Assembly (NCBI GenBank): GCA_009921445.1
Contig: RFXV01000001.1
Span: 1-38,796, forward strand
Direction: 5' to 3'
Source: Flavobacteriia bacterium
GTDB taxonomy: Bacteria > Bacteroidota > Bacteroidia > Flavobacteriales > Schleiferiaceae
Length of the DNA stretch: 38,796 nt
Made by a program: the position numbers and the translations under genes. Under the pieces are notes generated by a model. The model was not told the DNA's origin. It ran no database searches and saw nothing but the letters and a program-made list of their open reading frames with translations. The first letter of the stretch is position 1, and each line of letters opens with the position of its first letter. Shown piece by piece: positions 8,714 to 18,615 of this stretch.

Positions 8714-9354
8714 CAGAAAAAGAATCCAAGAGTGAATTGTACCCCATAGAAACGGAAGTTGTCCCGCTTGCTGATCCGTGGGTCGTCATCTTTCAGCGCA
8801 TCATTCAATCCCATGGTGAAGTCTGCCCCAAGTACAATCGCTGATGAACCATCGACCTCATATTCAGCACCAAGACCGATAATGAATTGCGTTTGTATCG
8901 GTGTGAAGTAGTTTTCCAGATGCTGCTCTTCCATACGATCCGGGAGGAGTTCGACCCGCTCCCTGGTGCGAAACCCGATACCTCCGCCAAACTTGGCGAA
9001 ATAGGTCATCCGGTCGAACTGCTGGGTCTGCATCTTCAGAACCAGCGGAATATCCACAGAGCCCAAAGTGTATTCACCGACCGTATCGGATACGTCCAGA
9101 TGGGCCTGCCGGGAGGCAATGGTCATTCCTGAGCTCAGCGCATAGCGGTCCGTCATGAAGAAGTCGGCCATCAATCCATAAGACCAACGCGTACGTGTTT
9201 CGGATGTCCAATCATTCGCATCGGCATTGAGCCAATTCACAGACGGTCCGACCATGAGACCAAAACGCATGGATTGCTGGGCGTCCACCCGGAGGCAGGT
9301 GATCGTAAGGCTTGCCGCTAGAATAAGGGCGTGGTGGGGTCGAAAACGGAACAT
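8713..9354 (-). CDS. outer-membrane beta-barrel (porin/PorT-like family) protein
   Basis: 213 aa. Signal peptide ending VDAQ, alternating hydrophobic beta-strand pattern, and a C-terminal aromatic end ...FTLGFFF. Its stop forms an ATGA overlap with the nadE start. Confidence 0.75.
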   Translation of the reverse strand: MFRFRPHHALILAASLTITCLRVDAQQSMRFGLMVGPSVNWLNADANDWTSETRTRWSYGLMADFFMTDRYALSSGMTIASRQAHLDVSDTVGEYTLGSVDIPLVLKMQTQQFDRMTYFAKFGGGIGFRTRERVELLPDRMEEQHLENYFTPIQTQFIIGLGAEYEVDGSSAIVLGADFTMGLNDALKDDDPRISKRDNFRFYGVQFTLGFFF

Positions 9355-9390
9355 GCTCAGTGTATTTTAGCCGAAATTAAACTGCATCTC

Positions 9391-10359
9391 TTGACCCGAT
9401 ACGGTGTTCTTTTCGTTTTTCTGATCATCGGAATGTTTGCTGCTTGTTCCGACGAGCAAAGATCCAGCCAATGGCGGGAGCCCGAACACAGGGTTCATCG
9501 ATTCGATCATTTCCTTTTTGCTTGCGATGCGTCTCAGGTGGGTCAGGACCTCAAGGACAGCGCAGCACTATATTTTCCTTTCTCCGAAAACGGAGACTCC
9601 GCTTTTTGGTTCAGGCAGCGAGCCGACAGTCTGCTCAATGCGCTGCACAGGGATCTGATCTCAAAAGAAGAGGCCATTCGTTCGGCTCTTCAGTCTTGCC
9701 GGAAGGTGCTCGGTCATTCGGCATTTCACTTCCCACAACAGACACCCTCTCGTACGTTCACCTACATCTCCCCTTTGGATTTTGACTATCCGCTTTTTCT
9801 GTCAGACAGCCTTGTTTTCATCGCGTTGGATCAGTACCTCGGTCCAAGCAGCTCCTTCTATGCCGGTCAGCCGAGCTACCTGATGCGGGGCAGATCCATG
9901 GAATTCATGGCGCTCGATCTGGCAGAAGCTTTGGCGCAGCGATCGCTCTCCACACTTCCTTCCCAAGGTTCAGACCTGCTGAGTGCCATGCTTTACGAAG
10001 GCAAGGTCTTGTACCTTACTCATCTACTCAGTCCAGAACGCGAACCCCATGAGGTGCTGCGTTACACCAAGGAAGAATGGGCATTTTGTGTGGCGAATGA
10101 AGCTTCGATCTGGGCATACCTGATCGAACAAGGCGCTCTTTTTTCGAGCAATGCCGACTGGAAGAGAAGGCTCCTCCTGCCCGCCCCCTTCTCAAAATTT
10201 AGGCTGCCCATCGATACACAGACACCGGGCCGGATAGGCCGATGGATCGGCTGGCAGATCGTAGAAAAGCGCATGCGGCAAGGCGATCTCGATGTGAACG
10301 ATCTCATCCTTTACAGGGACGCAAAAGACCTATTGAGAACTTCGAATTACAAACCATGA
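9391..10359 (+). CDS. gldB: gliding motility lipoprotein GldB
   Basis: The C-terminal half matches recalled F. johnsoniae GldB (PAPFSKFxLxIDxxxPGRIGxWIGWQIV...YKP). A TTG at 9391 gives the lipoprotein signal MTRYGVLFVFLIIGMFAAC. The track start at 9331 would overlap the divergent gene's 5' end. Confidence 0.85.
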   Translation: MTRYGVLFVFLIIGMFAACSDEQRSSQWREPEHRVHRFDHFLFACDASQVGQDLKDSAALYFPFSENGDSAFWFRQRADSLLNALHRDLISKEEAIRSALQSCRKVLGHSAFHFPQQTPSRTFTYISPLDFDYPLFLSDSLVFIALDQYLGPSSSFYAGQPSYLMRGRSMEFMALDLAEALAQRSLSTLPSQGSDLLSAMLYEGKVLYLTHLLSPEREPHEVLRYTKEEWAFCVANEASIWAYLIEQGALFSSNADWKRRLLLPAPFSKFRLPIDTQTPGRIGRWIGWQIVEKRMRQGDLDVNDLILYRDAKDLLRTSNYKP

Positions 10360-10727
10360 GCAAAAGCAGCGAAATACGCATCCAAGTCGAACTTGACGAC
10401 AACCACGTCCCAGAACAGATCTCATGGGATGCCCCAGACGGAGGAGTTGAAGGAGAATCGGCCGATGCCCTCTTCCTTTCGGTATGGAACAAATCCAATC
10501 AGGACACCCTGCGGATCGACCTTTGGACCAAAGAACTGCCTCTGGACGATATGAAGAAATTCATTCATCAAAGCATTCTGAGCATGGCCGATACCATGGA
10601 ACGCGCGACATCGCAGGAAAAGCTGGCCATGGAAATGCGAAAGTTCGCCCGCTACCTGGGAGAGGAAATGGAACTTATCGAGCGGAGGGAAAATGATCCG
10701 CAAGCTCCTGATTCCAATGGTGGATGA
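10356..10727 (+). CDS. gldC: gliding motility protein GldC
   Basis: MSKSSEIRIQVELDDNHVPEQISWDAPDGGV...LRIDLWTKELPLDDMKKFIHQSILSMADTMERAT matches recalled GldC. ATG at 10356 forms an ATGA overlap with the gldB stop. The track ORF has a spurious 5' extension from 10242. Confidence 0.85.
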   Translation: MSKSSEIRIQVELDDNHVPEQISWDAPDGGVEGESADALFLSVWNKSNQDTLRIDLWTKELPLDDMKKFIHQSILSMADTMERATSQEKLAMEMRKFARYLGEEMELIERRENDPQAPDSNGG

Positions 10728-11298
10728 ACGAGATGAGTTCTTCGCGTCCCACTTTACCCGTCGCAGAGCTGATGAACATCTTTGGAAGCTCTTCCCAGTG
10801 GTTCAGAAGTTGTTTTTCATAGGCTGATCGGTTCGACCGGAGTTTGGTCGGATTCAGTTTATCGATCTTGGTCAGGACAATGCTGAAAGGCAAGCCATTT
10901 TCGCCCAGCCATTTCATGAATTCGATGTCGTTCTTCTGGGGTTCGTGCCTCGAGTCGACCAGTACGAACAGATTGATCAGATTCTCCCGATGCGCACAAT
11001 ACGAGCGGATCATTTTATCAAATTCTCCGCGCATTTTTTTGGAGACCTTGGCGAACCCATAACCTGGAAGATCGGCCAGATACCAACTCTTTTCGATCAT
11101 AAAGTGGTTGATCAACTGGGTCTTCCCTGGTTGGCCGGATGTCTTGGCCAGTGACTTTCGACCAGTGAGCATATTGATCAGGGAGGACTTGCCCACATTG
11201 GAGCGACCGATGAAGGCATACTCTGGAAACTTTGGTTCCGGACAGGATCTGAAGTCGGGCGAACTCTTCAGGAATTCGGCCGGAAGGCTTGCGCTCAA
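10675..11298 (-). CDS. engB: ribosome-biogenesis GTPase EngB/YihA/YsxC
   Basis: PEYAFIGRSNVGKSSLINMLT (G1), DLPGYGF (G3), LTKIDK (G4). TTG start overlaps the upstream stop. The 3' end overlaps gldC by 53 nt. Confidence 0.9.
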   Translation of the reverse strand: MSASLPAEFLKSSPDFRSCPEPKFPEYAFIGRSNVGKSSLINMLTGRKSLAKTSGQPGKTQLINHFMIEKSWYLADLPGYGFAKVSKKMRGEFDKMIRSYCAHRENLINLFVLVDSRHEPQKNDIEFMKWLGENGLPFSIVLTKIDKLNPTKLRSNRSAYEKQLLNHWEELPKMFISSATGKVGREELISFIHHWNQELADHFPSAR

Positions 11299-12059
11299 TC
11301 TACTCTTCGCTTGAGGAAGTCGTGAAGAAGTCTGTTGAACTCATCGGGACGCTCCATCATGGCCGCATGCCCGCATTCTTTGACCCAGTTCAATTCGGAA
11401 TCAGGGAGCAATTCTTTGAAGCGATCGGCCACGTGCGGAGGAGTCACCAGATCGTTTTCGCCCCAGATCAGACAGACAGGAAGGTTGAATTTCTTTAGAT
11501 CTTCCGCCATATTGTGACGGATTGCCGATTTGCTGAAACTCAAGGTGCGCAGGATCTTGTTGCGATCGTTCACGGATTCGAAGACCTCATCGACCAATTC
11601 CTTGGTGGCCACTTCCTTCCGGTAGAAGACCTCTTCCGTTTTTGTCTTGATGTATTCGTAGTCTCCTCTGCGCGGGAAACTGTCGCCCATGGCACTTTCA
11701 TACAGCCCGGAACTGCCGGTCAGGCAAAGTGAGTGCACACGATCGGGATAATTTTTTGTGTAGACCAAAGACACATGACCACCCAGCGAATTGCCTATCA
11801 ATGTGATGTTCTCCAGTTCCATGTGCGCGAGGAAACCATCCAGAAATTTCGCCAGGTTCTTGATGTTCGTCTTGACCAGCGGCAGGGAGTACATGGGCAA
11901 GACGGGCATGATCACCCGATAGCCATTGCTCGAGAAATAAGTGAGCACCTTCTCGAAATTGCTCAGTCCGCCCATCAACCCGTGCAACAGGACCAGGTTG
12001 TGCCCCTGACCCTCGTCCAGATACGAATACGAACCGCTCTTCTTCTGTTCTATCTGCAT
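11295..12059 (-). CDS. alpha/beta-fold hydrolase
   Basis: HNLVLLHGLMGG (oxyanion region), nucleophile elbow GNSLGGH, and C-terminal GHAAMMERPDEF (catalytic His). ATG at 12059 (MQIEQKK) preferred over the track start at 12092. Confidence 0.8.
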   Translation of the reverse strand: MQIEQKKSGSYSYLDEGQGHNLVLLHGLMGGLSNFEKVLTYFSSNGYRVIMPVLPMYSLPLVKTNIKNLAKFLDGFLAHMELENITLIGNSLGGHVSLVYTKNYPDRVHSLCLTGSSGLYESAMGDSFPRRGDYEYIKTKTEEVFYRKEVATKELVDEVFESVNDRNKILRTLSFSKSAIRHNMAEDLKKFNLPVCLIWGENDLVTPPHVADRFKELLPDSELNWVKECGHAAMMERPDEFNRLLHDFLKRRVD

Positions 12060-12161
12060 GCAGAATAGGTTGAACCCGCAAATGTAAGACAAGCGACTAC
12101 ATTCTTTCTGCAGAGCGTATGTGCGGCATCGGCCACGGAGTTTTCCAAAATTTTACACAGA

Positions 12162-12204
12162 GTGGTGATTTGTGGGAAAAAGTGGGAAAATTGATATAGT
12201 TTTG
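12162..12204 (+). promoter_or_regulatory. dcw promoter region: three MraZ-box direct repeats plus a Bacteroidetes -7 box
   Basis: GTGGT (12162-12166), GTGGG (12172-12176) and GTGGG (12182-12186) sit at exactly 10-bp phasing, the last two followed by AAAA. TAGTTTTG (12197-12204) fits TAnnTTTG and lies 28 nt upstream of the mraZ ATG. Confidence 0.6.
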
Positions 12205-12232
12205 GATTTGCCAAAGCTGGTAAATCTGTAAC

Positions 12233-12706
12233 ATGTTGATGATCAATGGCGTATATGAGTGTAAGGCCGATGCCAAAGGGCGTGTGGCCATTCCTGCGCC
12301 TTTGAAAAAGCAGCTCCAGAGCATACTCGATCAGGGATTCATCCTCAAGCGTTCGGTTTTCCAACCCTGTCTTGAACTCTTCCCAAATGCGGCGTGGAAA
12401 GGTGTGATGGATAAAGTGGGACACCTGAATCGCTTCGTCAAAAAGCACAATGATTTCATACGCCTCTACTCGGCTGGTATCAAACAAGTTGATCTGGATG
12501 GTAATGCCCGATTGCTGATCCCAAAAGACCTTTTGGAATACTCCGGCATTCGGTCCGAAGTGGTCATGGCTTCCGCCGTAGACATCATTGAGATCTGGGA
12601 CAAGGCTGCCTATGAGCGGTCACTCAAGGAAGGCGCAGACAATTTTGGAGACCTCGCTGAAGAGGTCATGGGTGCGATGCAATTCGGAGGCGGAGATGTA
12701 TCATAA
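12233..12706 (+). CDS. mraZ: transcriptional regulator MraZ
   Basis: 157 aa. Duplicated SpoVT/AbrB-like halves with DAKGRVAIPAPLKKQL and LDGNARLLIPKDLLEY. Confidence 0.93.
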   Translation: MLMINGVYECKADAKGRVAIPAPLKKQLQSILDQGFILKRSVFQPCLELFPNAAWKGVMDKVGHLNRFVKKHNDFIRLYSAGIKQVDLDGNARLLIPKDLLEYSGIRSEVVMASAVDIIEIWDKAAYERSLKEGADNFGDLAEEVMGAMQFGGGDVS

Positions 12707-13604
12707 ACCTGTCCTGCTCGAAGAATCACTGGAAAGAATGGGTTTGAAGCCCGGCGGGATCTACGTCGATTGCACCTTTGGCGGAGGCGGACACAGCAGG
12801 GAACTTCTGAGCAGATTGGATGCCGACGGACGGCTTTTTGCATTCGATCAGGATCCGGATGCATGGGAGAATGCACTGGACGATCCGAGGTTCTGCCTCA
12901 TCCGGATGAACTTCAGGCACATCAAGAAGGGGCTTCGTCTGCACGGGGTTCAGAAGGTGGATGGCATTCTGGCCGATCTCGGGGTGTCCTCCCATCAGTT
13001 CGATGCGGCTCAGCGTGGATTTTCTCTGCGATTCGAGGGTCCGCTGGATATGCGTATGAACCCCCTTTCTGGGGTCACTGCCGCCGATTGGCTGGAAGCT
13101 TGCGACGAAAAGGAATTGCGCTGGGTGCTGAAGACCTACGGCGAAGTGCCCAATGCAGGCAGGTTGGCTGCCGCGCTGAGGAAGCGACTCGATCAGGGAA
13201 AATTGGAATCCACGGCTGAACTCTCACAATTCCTCGAAGGATTTGCTCCTGCCCAAAAGATCCATTCGTACAAAGCACAGGTGTTCCAGGCACTGCGGAT
13301 CGTGGTGAATCAGGAGATGGAAGCACTCCGCGAACTGCTCGCTGATTCCATTGAGCTGTTGTCCCTGCAGGGGCGCCTGGTGATCATCAGCTACCATTCA
13401 CTTGAAGACCGAATGGTCAAGCAATTCATGCGGGAAGGCTGGGCCGATGGCGATGTGGAACGCGACGAGCGCGGGAGGCGTCACTTCAGACTCCGTCCGA
13501 TGCACCGCAAACCGCTTTCTCCTGACAGCGCGCAGATAGAAGAGAACACACGGGCCCGTAGCGCCAAGCTCCGAGCTGCTGAACGGTTGGAAGAATGGGT
13601 CTGA
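12696..13604 (+). CDS. rsmH: 16S rRNA (cytosine1402-N4)-methyltransferase RsmH
   Basis: MYHKPVLLEESL, DCTFGGGGHS, DLGVSSHQFD, ISYHSLEDR. ATG at 12696 overlaps mraZ by 11 nt. The track ORF starts spuriously at 12588. Confidence 0.93.
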   Translation: MYHKPVLLEESLERMGLKPGGIYVDCTFGGGGHSRELLSRLDADGRLFAFDQDPDAWENALDDPRFCLIRMNFRHIKKGLRLHGVQKVDGILADLGVSSHQFDAAQRGFSLRFEGPLDMRMNPLSGVTAADWLEACDEKELRWVLKTYGEVPNAGRLAAALRKRLDQGKLESTAELSQFLEGFAPAQKIHSYKAQVFQALRIVVNQEMEALRELLADSIELLSLQGRLVIISYHSLEDRMVKQFMREGWADGDVERDERGRRHFRLRPMHRKPLSPDSAQIEENTRARSAKLRAAERLEEWV

Positions 13605-13945
13605 GGCAATGGTTCACCCGATACGCACGTGCCCTGGGCGCTTTGGCCAAAGGTGGCTTTCTGGCGGAGCGCCGAATGAATGCGCAATATCCCTTTCTGA
13701 TCTTTCTGGCCTTGCTGGCCATCGTCAGCATCCGCAGTTCGCACGTTGCCGATCAGAAGGTCCACCGCATCAGTGAACTGCGGAAAGAATTGAAGAATGT
13801 CCATTCTGATTTTGTAGAGACCCGCAGTCAGCTCATGGAATCCAGTGCCGAGACCAAGGTGCGTGAACGGGCTGCTGAGATCGGACTGCACCTGCCATTG
13901 AATGCGCCTGTCACCCTCTCAAAGAGATCTGATGACAGCAAATAG
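13595..13945 (+). CDS. ftsL: FtsL-like cell division protein (single TM + coiled coil)
   Basis: 116 aa. TM segment YPFLIFLALLAIVSI followed by a heptad-like helix. It sits in the conserved position between rsmH and ftsI and overlaps the rsmH stop. Confidence 0.7.
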   Translation: MGLRQWFTRYARALGALAKGGFLAERRMNAQYPFLIFLALLAIVSIRSSHVADQKVHRISELRKELKNVHSDFVETRSQLMESSAETKVRERAAEIGLHLPLNAPVTLSKRSDDSK

Positions 13946-15935
13946 AAAACGGGTATCCAGACTCTATCTGCTGATCCTTCCGATCGGGTTTGTTGCATTG
14001 CGCATCCTCATCGAATTGGGCAAGATCCAATTCGTCGAGGGTGATTCACTCCGTATACTGGCCGAGGAGCAGGTGGTCCGGAACATCGAAATACCGGCAA
14101 GCCGGGGCAGCATCTGGTCCAGAGATGGAAAATTTCTCTCCACCAATATGCCTGTATACAAGGTATATATGGATCCCACCGTCGCCTCTGAAGAGTTGTA
14201 CGCAACAGGCATCGAGGAACTCTCCAGAGGACTTGGAAAATACGTCGCCTCTGAACGCTCTGCCTCTGAATGGAACGCCATTTTGACCTCGGCGCGCAGG
14301 AACAACAATCGCTTTGTGACCATCAGCCGTTCCATGGACCACTCCAGGCTGCAGGCGCTGAAAAACCTTCCCATACTCAAAGAGGGACGATTCAAAGGAG
14401 GGTTGATCACCGAGCAGGTGGAACATCGAAAACAACCCTTCGGCAAAGTGGCCAGGCGGACCATTGGAAGCGATGCTCCATACAGCAAATTCGGTCTGGA
14501 GAATGCCTACTCACGAGAACTGAGTGGCACAAGCGGCAGCCGTCTCGCACAGAAAATATCAGGCGGTCAGTGGAAACCCTTAACGGATTTCTACAGCTCG
14601 GATCCGGAGGACGGCATGGACCTGATCAGCACCATTGACAGCCGATTGCAGGACATCACCCATCATGCACTTCTCAGTGCCCTGGAGCGCCATAAGGCCG
14701 ATCACGGCTGTGCGGTACTGATGGAGGTAAAGACTGGAGCCATCCGTGCCATTGCCAATCTGGGGCGGAATTCGGAGGAGTCCGGCTACTACGAAAAGCG
14801 CAATTATGCCGTCTGGGAACGAACCGAACCCGGTTCCACCTTCAAGACCATCGCCCTAATGGCTGCTTTGGAAGACGGTCGCGTGGACACTTCCATGCAC
14901 ATCGACACGGAGAATGGCATTTATGAGGTACTGCCCGGAATACAGGTAAAAGACTCCAATTTCAAGAACGGCCGAGGAGGATATGGCGTGATCTCTCTGG
15001 GAGAGGCGCTTGAAAAGAGCTCGAATACGGCCATTGTCAAGGCGCTCTACGCCGCTTACAAGAAAGATCCTCAGCAATTCGTAGACCGTCTCTATGCCCT
15101 TGGGCTGGACCAAAAACTCGGGCTCGACATCCAGGGGGAAAGCATGCCCGTCATACCGAATCCTGGTGACGACAACTGGTCGGGCATGAGCCTTCCCTGG
15201 ATGCTCTTCGGCTATGAGGTCAGCTTTACGCCCCTTCAGATCCTTTCCATGTACAATGCCATCGCCAACGATGGCATTCTGAACCGTCCCCGATTCGTCG
15301 AGCGGCTGGAGCGCATGGGCGAGGTGGAAAAGGAAATGAAGCCCGAGGTCATCCACCCCTCGCTGTGCTCAGAGAAAACCCTCGATCAACTGAAACATCT
15401 TTTGGAAGAGGTGGTGCGCAGTCCGCAGGGAACCGCACACAACATATACAGCCCAGATCTGCCCATTGCCGGCAAGACCGGCACCTGCCAGCTCGATTAC
15501 TGGATGAAGGACAAAGCCATCGAATATCAGGCCTCCTTCGTTGGGTATTTCCCAGCAGATGCTCCACAGTACAGCTGCATCATTGTGGTCAACAAACCCA
15601 GCAGAGGTGGATACTACGGCTCTGTCGTGGCCGCTCCGGTTTTCAAACAGATCGCTCGAGGCGTACAACGCCTGAGCCCTGTGCACACGGAAGGTCTGCC
15701 TTCACTCGCAGCAAAAGAGATACCCACTCCCGATCCCGGAGCCATCCTCCAGGAAGTGGAAGCACAAAGGATGCCCGATCTCAGGGGCATGCGTTTGAGC
15801 GATGCGATCGCCTTGATGGAAAATCAGGGTTTTGAAGTTCGGCTGGACGGCTTCGCGGGAAAAGTCATCGGCCAGTGGCCACAGGGCGGGAAAAGCCTGC
15901 CCAATGGAAGGATCATAAGACTGGAGGCCGGATGA
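13932..15935 (+). CDS. ftsI: penicillin-binding protein 3 / FtsI transpeptidase with C-terminal PASTA domain
   Basis: SxxK (GSTFKT), SxN (KSSNTA) and KTG (AGKTGT). The last ~60 aa (MPDLRGMRLSDAIALMENQGFEVRLDG...) are PASTA-like. The start could be 13902 or 13932. Confidence 0.9.
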   Translation: MTANRKRVSRLYLLILPIGFVALRILIELGKIQFVEGDSLRILAEEQVVRNIEIPASRGSIWSRDGKFLSTNMPVYKVYMDPTVASEELYATGIEELSRGLGKYVASERSASEWNAILTSARRNNNRFVTISRSMDHSRLQALKNLPILKEGRFKGGLITEQVEHRKQPFGKVARRTIGSDAPYSKFGLENAYSRELSGTSGSRLAQKISGGQWKPLTDFYSSDPEDGMDLISTIDSRLQDITHHALLSALERHKADHGCAVLMEVKTGAIRAIANLGRNSEESGYYEKRNYAVWERTEPGSTFKTIALMAALEDGRVDTSMHIDTENGIYEVLPGIQVKDSNFKNGRGGYGVISLGEALEKSSNTAIVKALYAAYKKDPQQFVDRLYALGLDQKLGLDIQGESMPVIPNPGDDNWSGMSLPWMLFGYEVSFTPLQILSMYNAIANDGILNRPRFVERLERMGEVEKEMKPEVIHPSLCSEKTLDQLKHLLEEVVRSPQGTAHNIYSPDLPIAGKTGTCQLDYWMKDKAIEYQASFVGYFPADAPQYSCIIVVNKPSRGGYYGSVVAAPVFKQIARGVQRLSPVHTEGLPSLAAKEIPTPDPGAILQEVEAQRMPDLRGMRLSDAIALMENQGFEVRLDGFAGKVIGQWPQGGKSLPNGRIIRLEAG

Positions 15936-17395
15936 TGCTGCTCAAGGACCTGCTCTATCGGGTGAACATAGAACGCGTGCAAGGCGACAGAGGGCTGGCC
16001 ATCGAATCTGTGGCCTTCGATTCCCGAAAGGTTGCTCGCGACGGTCTTTTTGTTGCCGTACGCGGAACGCAGGTGGACGGACATCAATTCGTGTTGAATG
16101 CCATCGACTCGGGCGCCAAGGCAGTGGTTCTGGAGGAATGGATGAATGGGCTCCCGGCGAACATCACTCAGATACAGGTCGACAACAGCGCCCAGGCACT
16201 TGGAGTGATCGCTTCCAACTTTTACGGCAACCCTTCAGAAAAGATGCAAGTCGTCGCAGTGACCGGAACCAACGGTAAGACAACCGTCGCCAGTCTGTTG
16301 CATGAACTCGCTCTGGCCTTGGACAGGAAAGCGGGTCTGCTCTCCACGGTGATCAATAAGATCGGAAAAGAGGAAGCGCCGGCCACGCATACCACACCGG
16401 ATCCTCTGCAGATCCAAGCGCTGCTTGCCCAAATGAGGGACAAAGGATGCAAATATGTCTTCATGGAGGCGAGCTCCCACGGCATCGTTCAGGAGCGACT
16501 ATCAGGCATTCGTTTGCGGGGAGCCATTTTCACCAACCTCAGCCGGGATCATCTCGATTACCACGGCAGCATGGACGAATACGTCCGAGCCAAGAAAAAG
16601 CTGTTCGATCAGCTTCATAAAAATGCCTTTGCGCTCTGCAACTGGGACGATCGACATGGGCGCACCATGACCATGCACTGTTCGGCAAAGGTGCACGGGT
16701 ATGCGCTCAAGACGCCAGCGGACTATCAAGGCAAGATCCTCGAGGGAGATTTCAATGGCAGTTTGCTGCGCTTCAACGAAGATGAACTGTGGACACCATT
16801 GATCGGGCCATTCAATGCGTACAACCTGCTCGCCATATACGGTGCCTCGGAACTGCTCGGTCTGTCGGACAAACAGCAGATGCTCACCGCACTGAGTCTG
16901 CTCAAAGCGGTGTCCGGAAGGTTCCAGCATGTACAAAGCGATCGGGGGATCATTGGCATTGTCGATTATGCCCACACGCCCGACGCACTAGAAAATGTGT
17001 GCAAGACCATTCAGTCCGTGACCGAGAAGGGCCAACGGCTGATGGTCGTCGTCGGATGCGGCGGTGACCGGGATACGGGCAAAAGACCCATGATGGCGCA
17101 GATCGCAGCGCGTTATGCCCACCGTTCCATTTTCACAGCCGACAACCCGCGTACGGAGGACCCCGATAAAATACTCGACGACATGGAAGCCGGGTTGGAG
17201 ATGGAAGAACGCAGTCGAACCCTCAGGATCGCCAACAGGAAGGAAGCCATCAAAACCGCCTGTCATCTGGCCGTAGCGGGAGACATTGTTCTGGTGGCTG
17301 GAAAAGGCCATGAGAATTACCAGGAGATCGATGGGGAGCGACATCCGTTCAGCGACCTCGAAGTACTTACCGAACAACTGAACTCCTCGGCCTGA
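15932..17395 (+). CDS. murE: UDP-N-acetylmuramoyl-L-alanyl-D-glutamate--2,6-diaminopimelate ligase
   Basis: GTNGKTT P-loop, DNPRTEDP motif, GKGHE. ATGA overlap with the ftsI stop. Confidence 0.95.
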   Translation: MMLLKDLLYRVNIERVQGDRGLAIESVAFDSRKVARDGLFVAVRGTQVDGHQFVLNAIDSGAKAVVLEEWMNGLPANITQIQVDNSAQALGVIASNFYGNPSEKMQVVAVTGTNGKTTVASLLHELALALDRKAGLLSTVINKIGKEEAPATHTTPDPLQIQALLAQMRDKGCKYVFMEASSHGIVQERLSGIRLRGAIFTNLSRDHLDYHGSMDEYVRAKKKLFDQLHKNAFALCNWDDRHGRTMTMHCSAKVHGYALKTPADYQGKILEGDFNGSLLRFNEDELWTPLIGPFNAYNLLAIYGASELLGLSDKQQMLTALSLLKAVSGRFQHVQSDRGIIGIVDYAHTPDALENVCKTIQSVTEKGQRLMVVVGCGGDRDTGKRPMMAQIAARYAHRSIFTADNPRTEDPDKILDDMEAGLEMEERSRTLRIANRKEAIKTACHLAVAGDIVLVAGKGHENYQEIDGERHPFSDLEVLTEQLNSSA

Positions 17396-18615
17396 TGCTC
17401 TACGCTTTCTTTCAATATCTGGAGGCTCATTATGACATCCCTGGGACCGGGGTGTTCCAGTACATCACCTTCCGCGCTGCCCTGTCGGTGATCACCTCCC
17501 TTCTGGTCTCCCTTCTGCTCGGGAAACGCATCATCGGACTGTTGCACAAATTGCAGGTGGGTGAGTCCGTTCGGGACCTCGGGCTCGAAGGCCAAAAGGA
17601 AAAAACCGGGACACCGACCATGGGCGGGCTCCTGATCCTCACGGCCATTCTCATCCCCACCTTGCTCTTTGCCAAGCTGGACAATGTGTACATCCAGTTG
17701 CTCATGGTCACCACGGTGTGGATGGGCCTCATCGGCTTCCTGGACGACTACATCAAGGTTTTCAAGAAGGATAAAAAGGGATTGCGGGGCATCTTCAAAG
17801 TGCTCGGCCAGGTGGTCCTTGGTGTGATCGTCGGCGCTGTCTTGTTCTTCCACCCAGAGGTGGTGATCAAAGAAAAGATCCCTGCGGAACAGAGGGCATC
17901 CAGTTCGGTGAGCGATGCCTTTGGTGAAGCACACCATTCGGCCAAAACCACCATACCCTTCTTCAAGAACAACGAACTGGACTACGCCAAATTCGTCGAG
18001 CAATGGGGTGCAGACCCACGCCGTTGGGCATGGCTCATATTCATCCCGATCGTCATCTTCATTGTCACGGCGGTTTCCAACGGAGCCAATCTGACCGATG
18101 GCATCGATGGACTGGCCACAGGGACTTCCGCCATTGTGGGCGTCACTCTGGGCATCCTGGCCTACGTTTCCGGCTCCATCGTCTTTGCCGATTACCTGAA
18201 CATCATGTACATCCCCGATTCGGGTGAAACGCTGGTCTTCATGTCGGCCTTTGTGGGTGCCTGCATTGGTTTCCTTTGGTACAACGCATTTCCGGCCCAG
18301 GTTTTCATGGGCGATACCGGTAGCCTCAGCCTCGGGGGCATCATTGCCGTCTTCGCCATTGCCATCCGCAAGGAGCTGTTGATCCCCATCCTCTGCGGGA
18401 TCTTCCTCGCCGAAAACCTGAGTGTGATGCTCCAGGTGAGCTATTTCCGCTATACCCGGAAAAAATATGGAGAAGGACGGAGGATCTTCAAGATGTCACC
18501 GCTCCATCATCACTACCAGAAACTCGGATATCACGAAAGCAAGATCGTCACCCGATTCTGGATCGTGGGCATCATGCTCGCCGTACTCACCATCATCACC
18601 CTCAAGCTGCGCTGA
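17395..18615 (+). CDS. mraY: phospho-N-acetylmuramoyl-pentapeptide transferase
   Basis: [21 protein letters not shown], and multiple TM segments. TGATG junction with murE. Confidence 0.95.
   Translation: MLYAFFQYLEAHYDIPGTGVFQYITFRAALSVITSLLVSLLLGKRIIGLLHKLQVGESVRDLGLEGQKEKTGTPTMGGLLILTAILIPTLLFAKLDNVYIQLLMVTTVWMGLIGFLDDYIKVFKKDKKGLRGIFKVLGQVVLGVIVGAVLFFHPEVVIKEKIPAEQRASSSVSDAFGEAHHSAKTTIPFFKNNELDYAKFVEQWGADPRRWAWLIFIPIVIFIVTAVSNGANLTDGIDGLATGTSAIVGVTLGILAYVSGSIVFADYLNIMYIPDSGETLVFMSAFVGACIGFLWYNAFPAQVFMGDTGSLSLGGIIAVFAIAIRKELLIPILCGIFLAENLSVMLQVSYFRYTRKKYGEGRRIFKMSPLHHHYQKLGYHESKIVTRFWIVGIMLAVLTIITLKLR

Noticed and set aside
12050-12487. 145-aa minus-strand ORF spanning the dcw promoter region and the 5' part of mraZ.
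   Set aside because: It overlaps mraZ and the MraZ operator/promoter. It has no motifs and sits in a region whose function is already explained.
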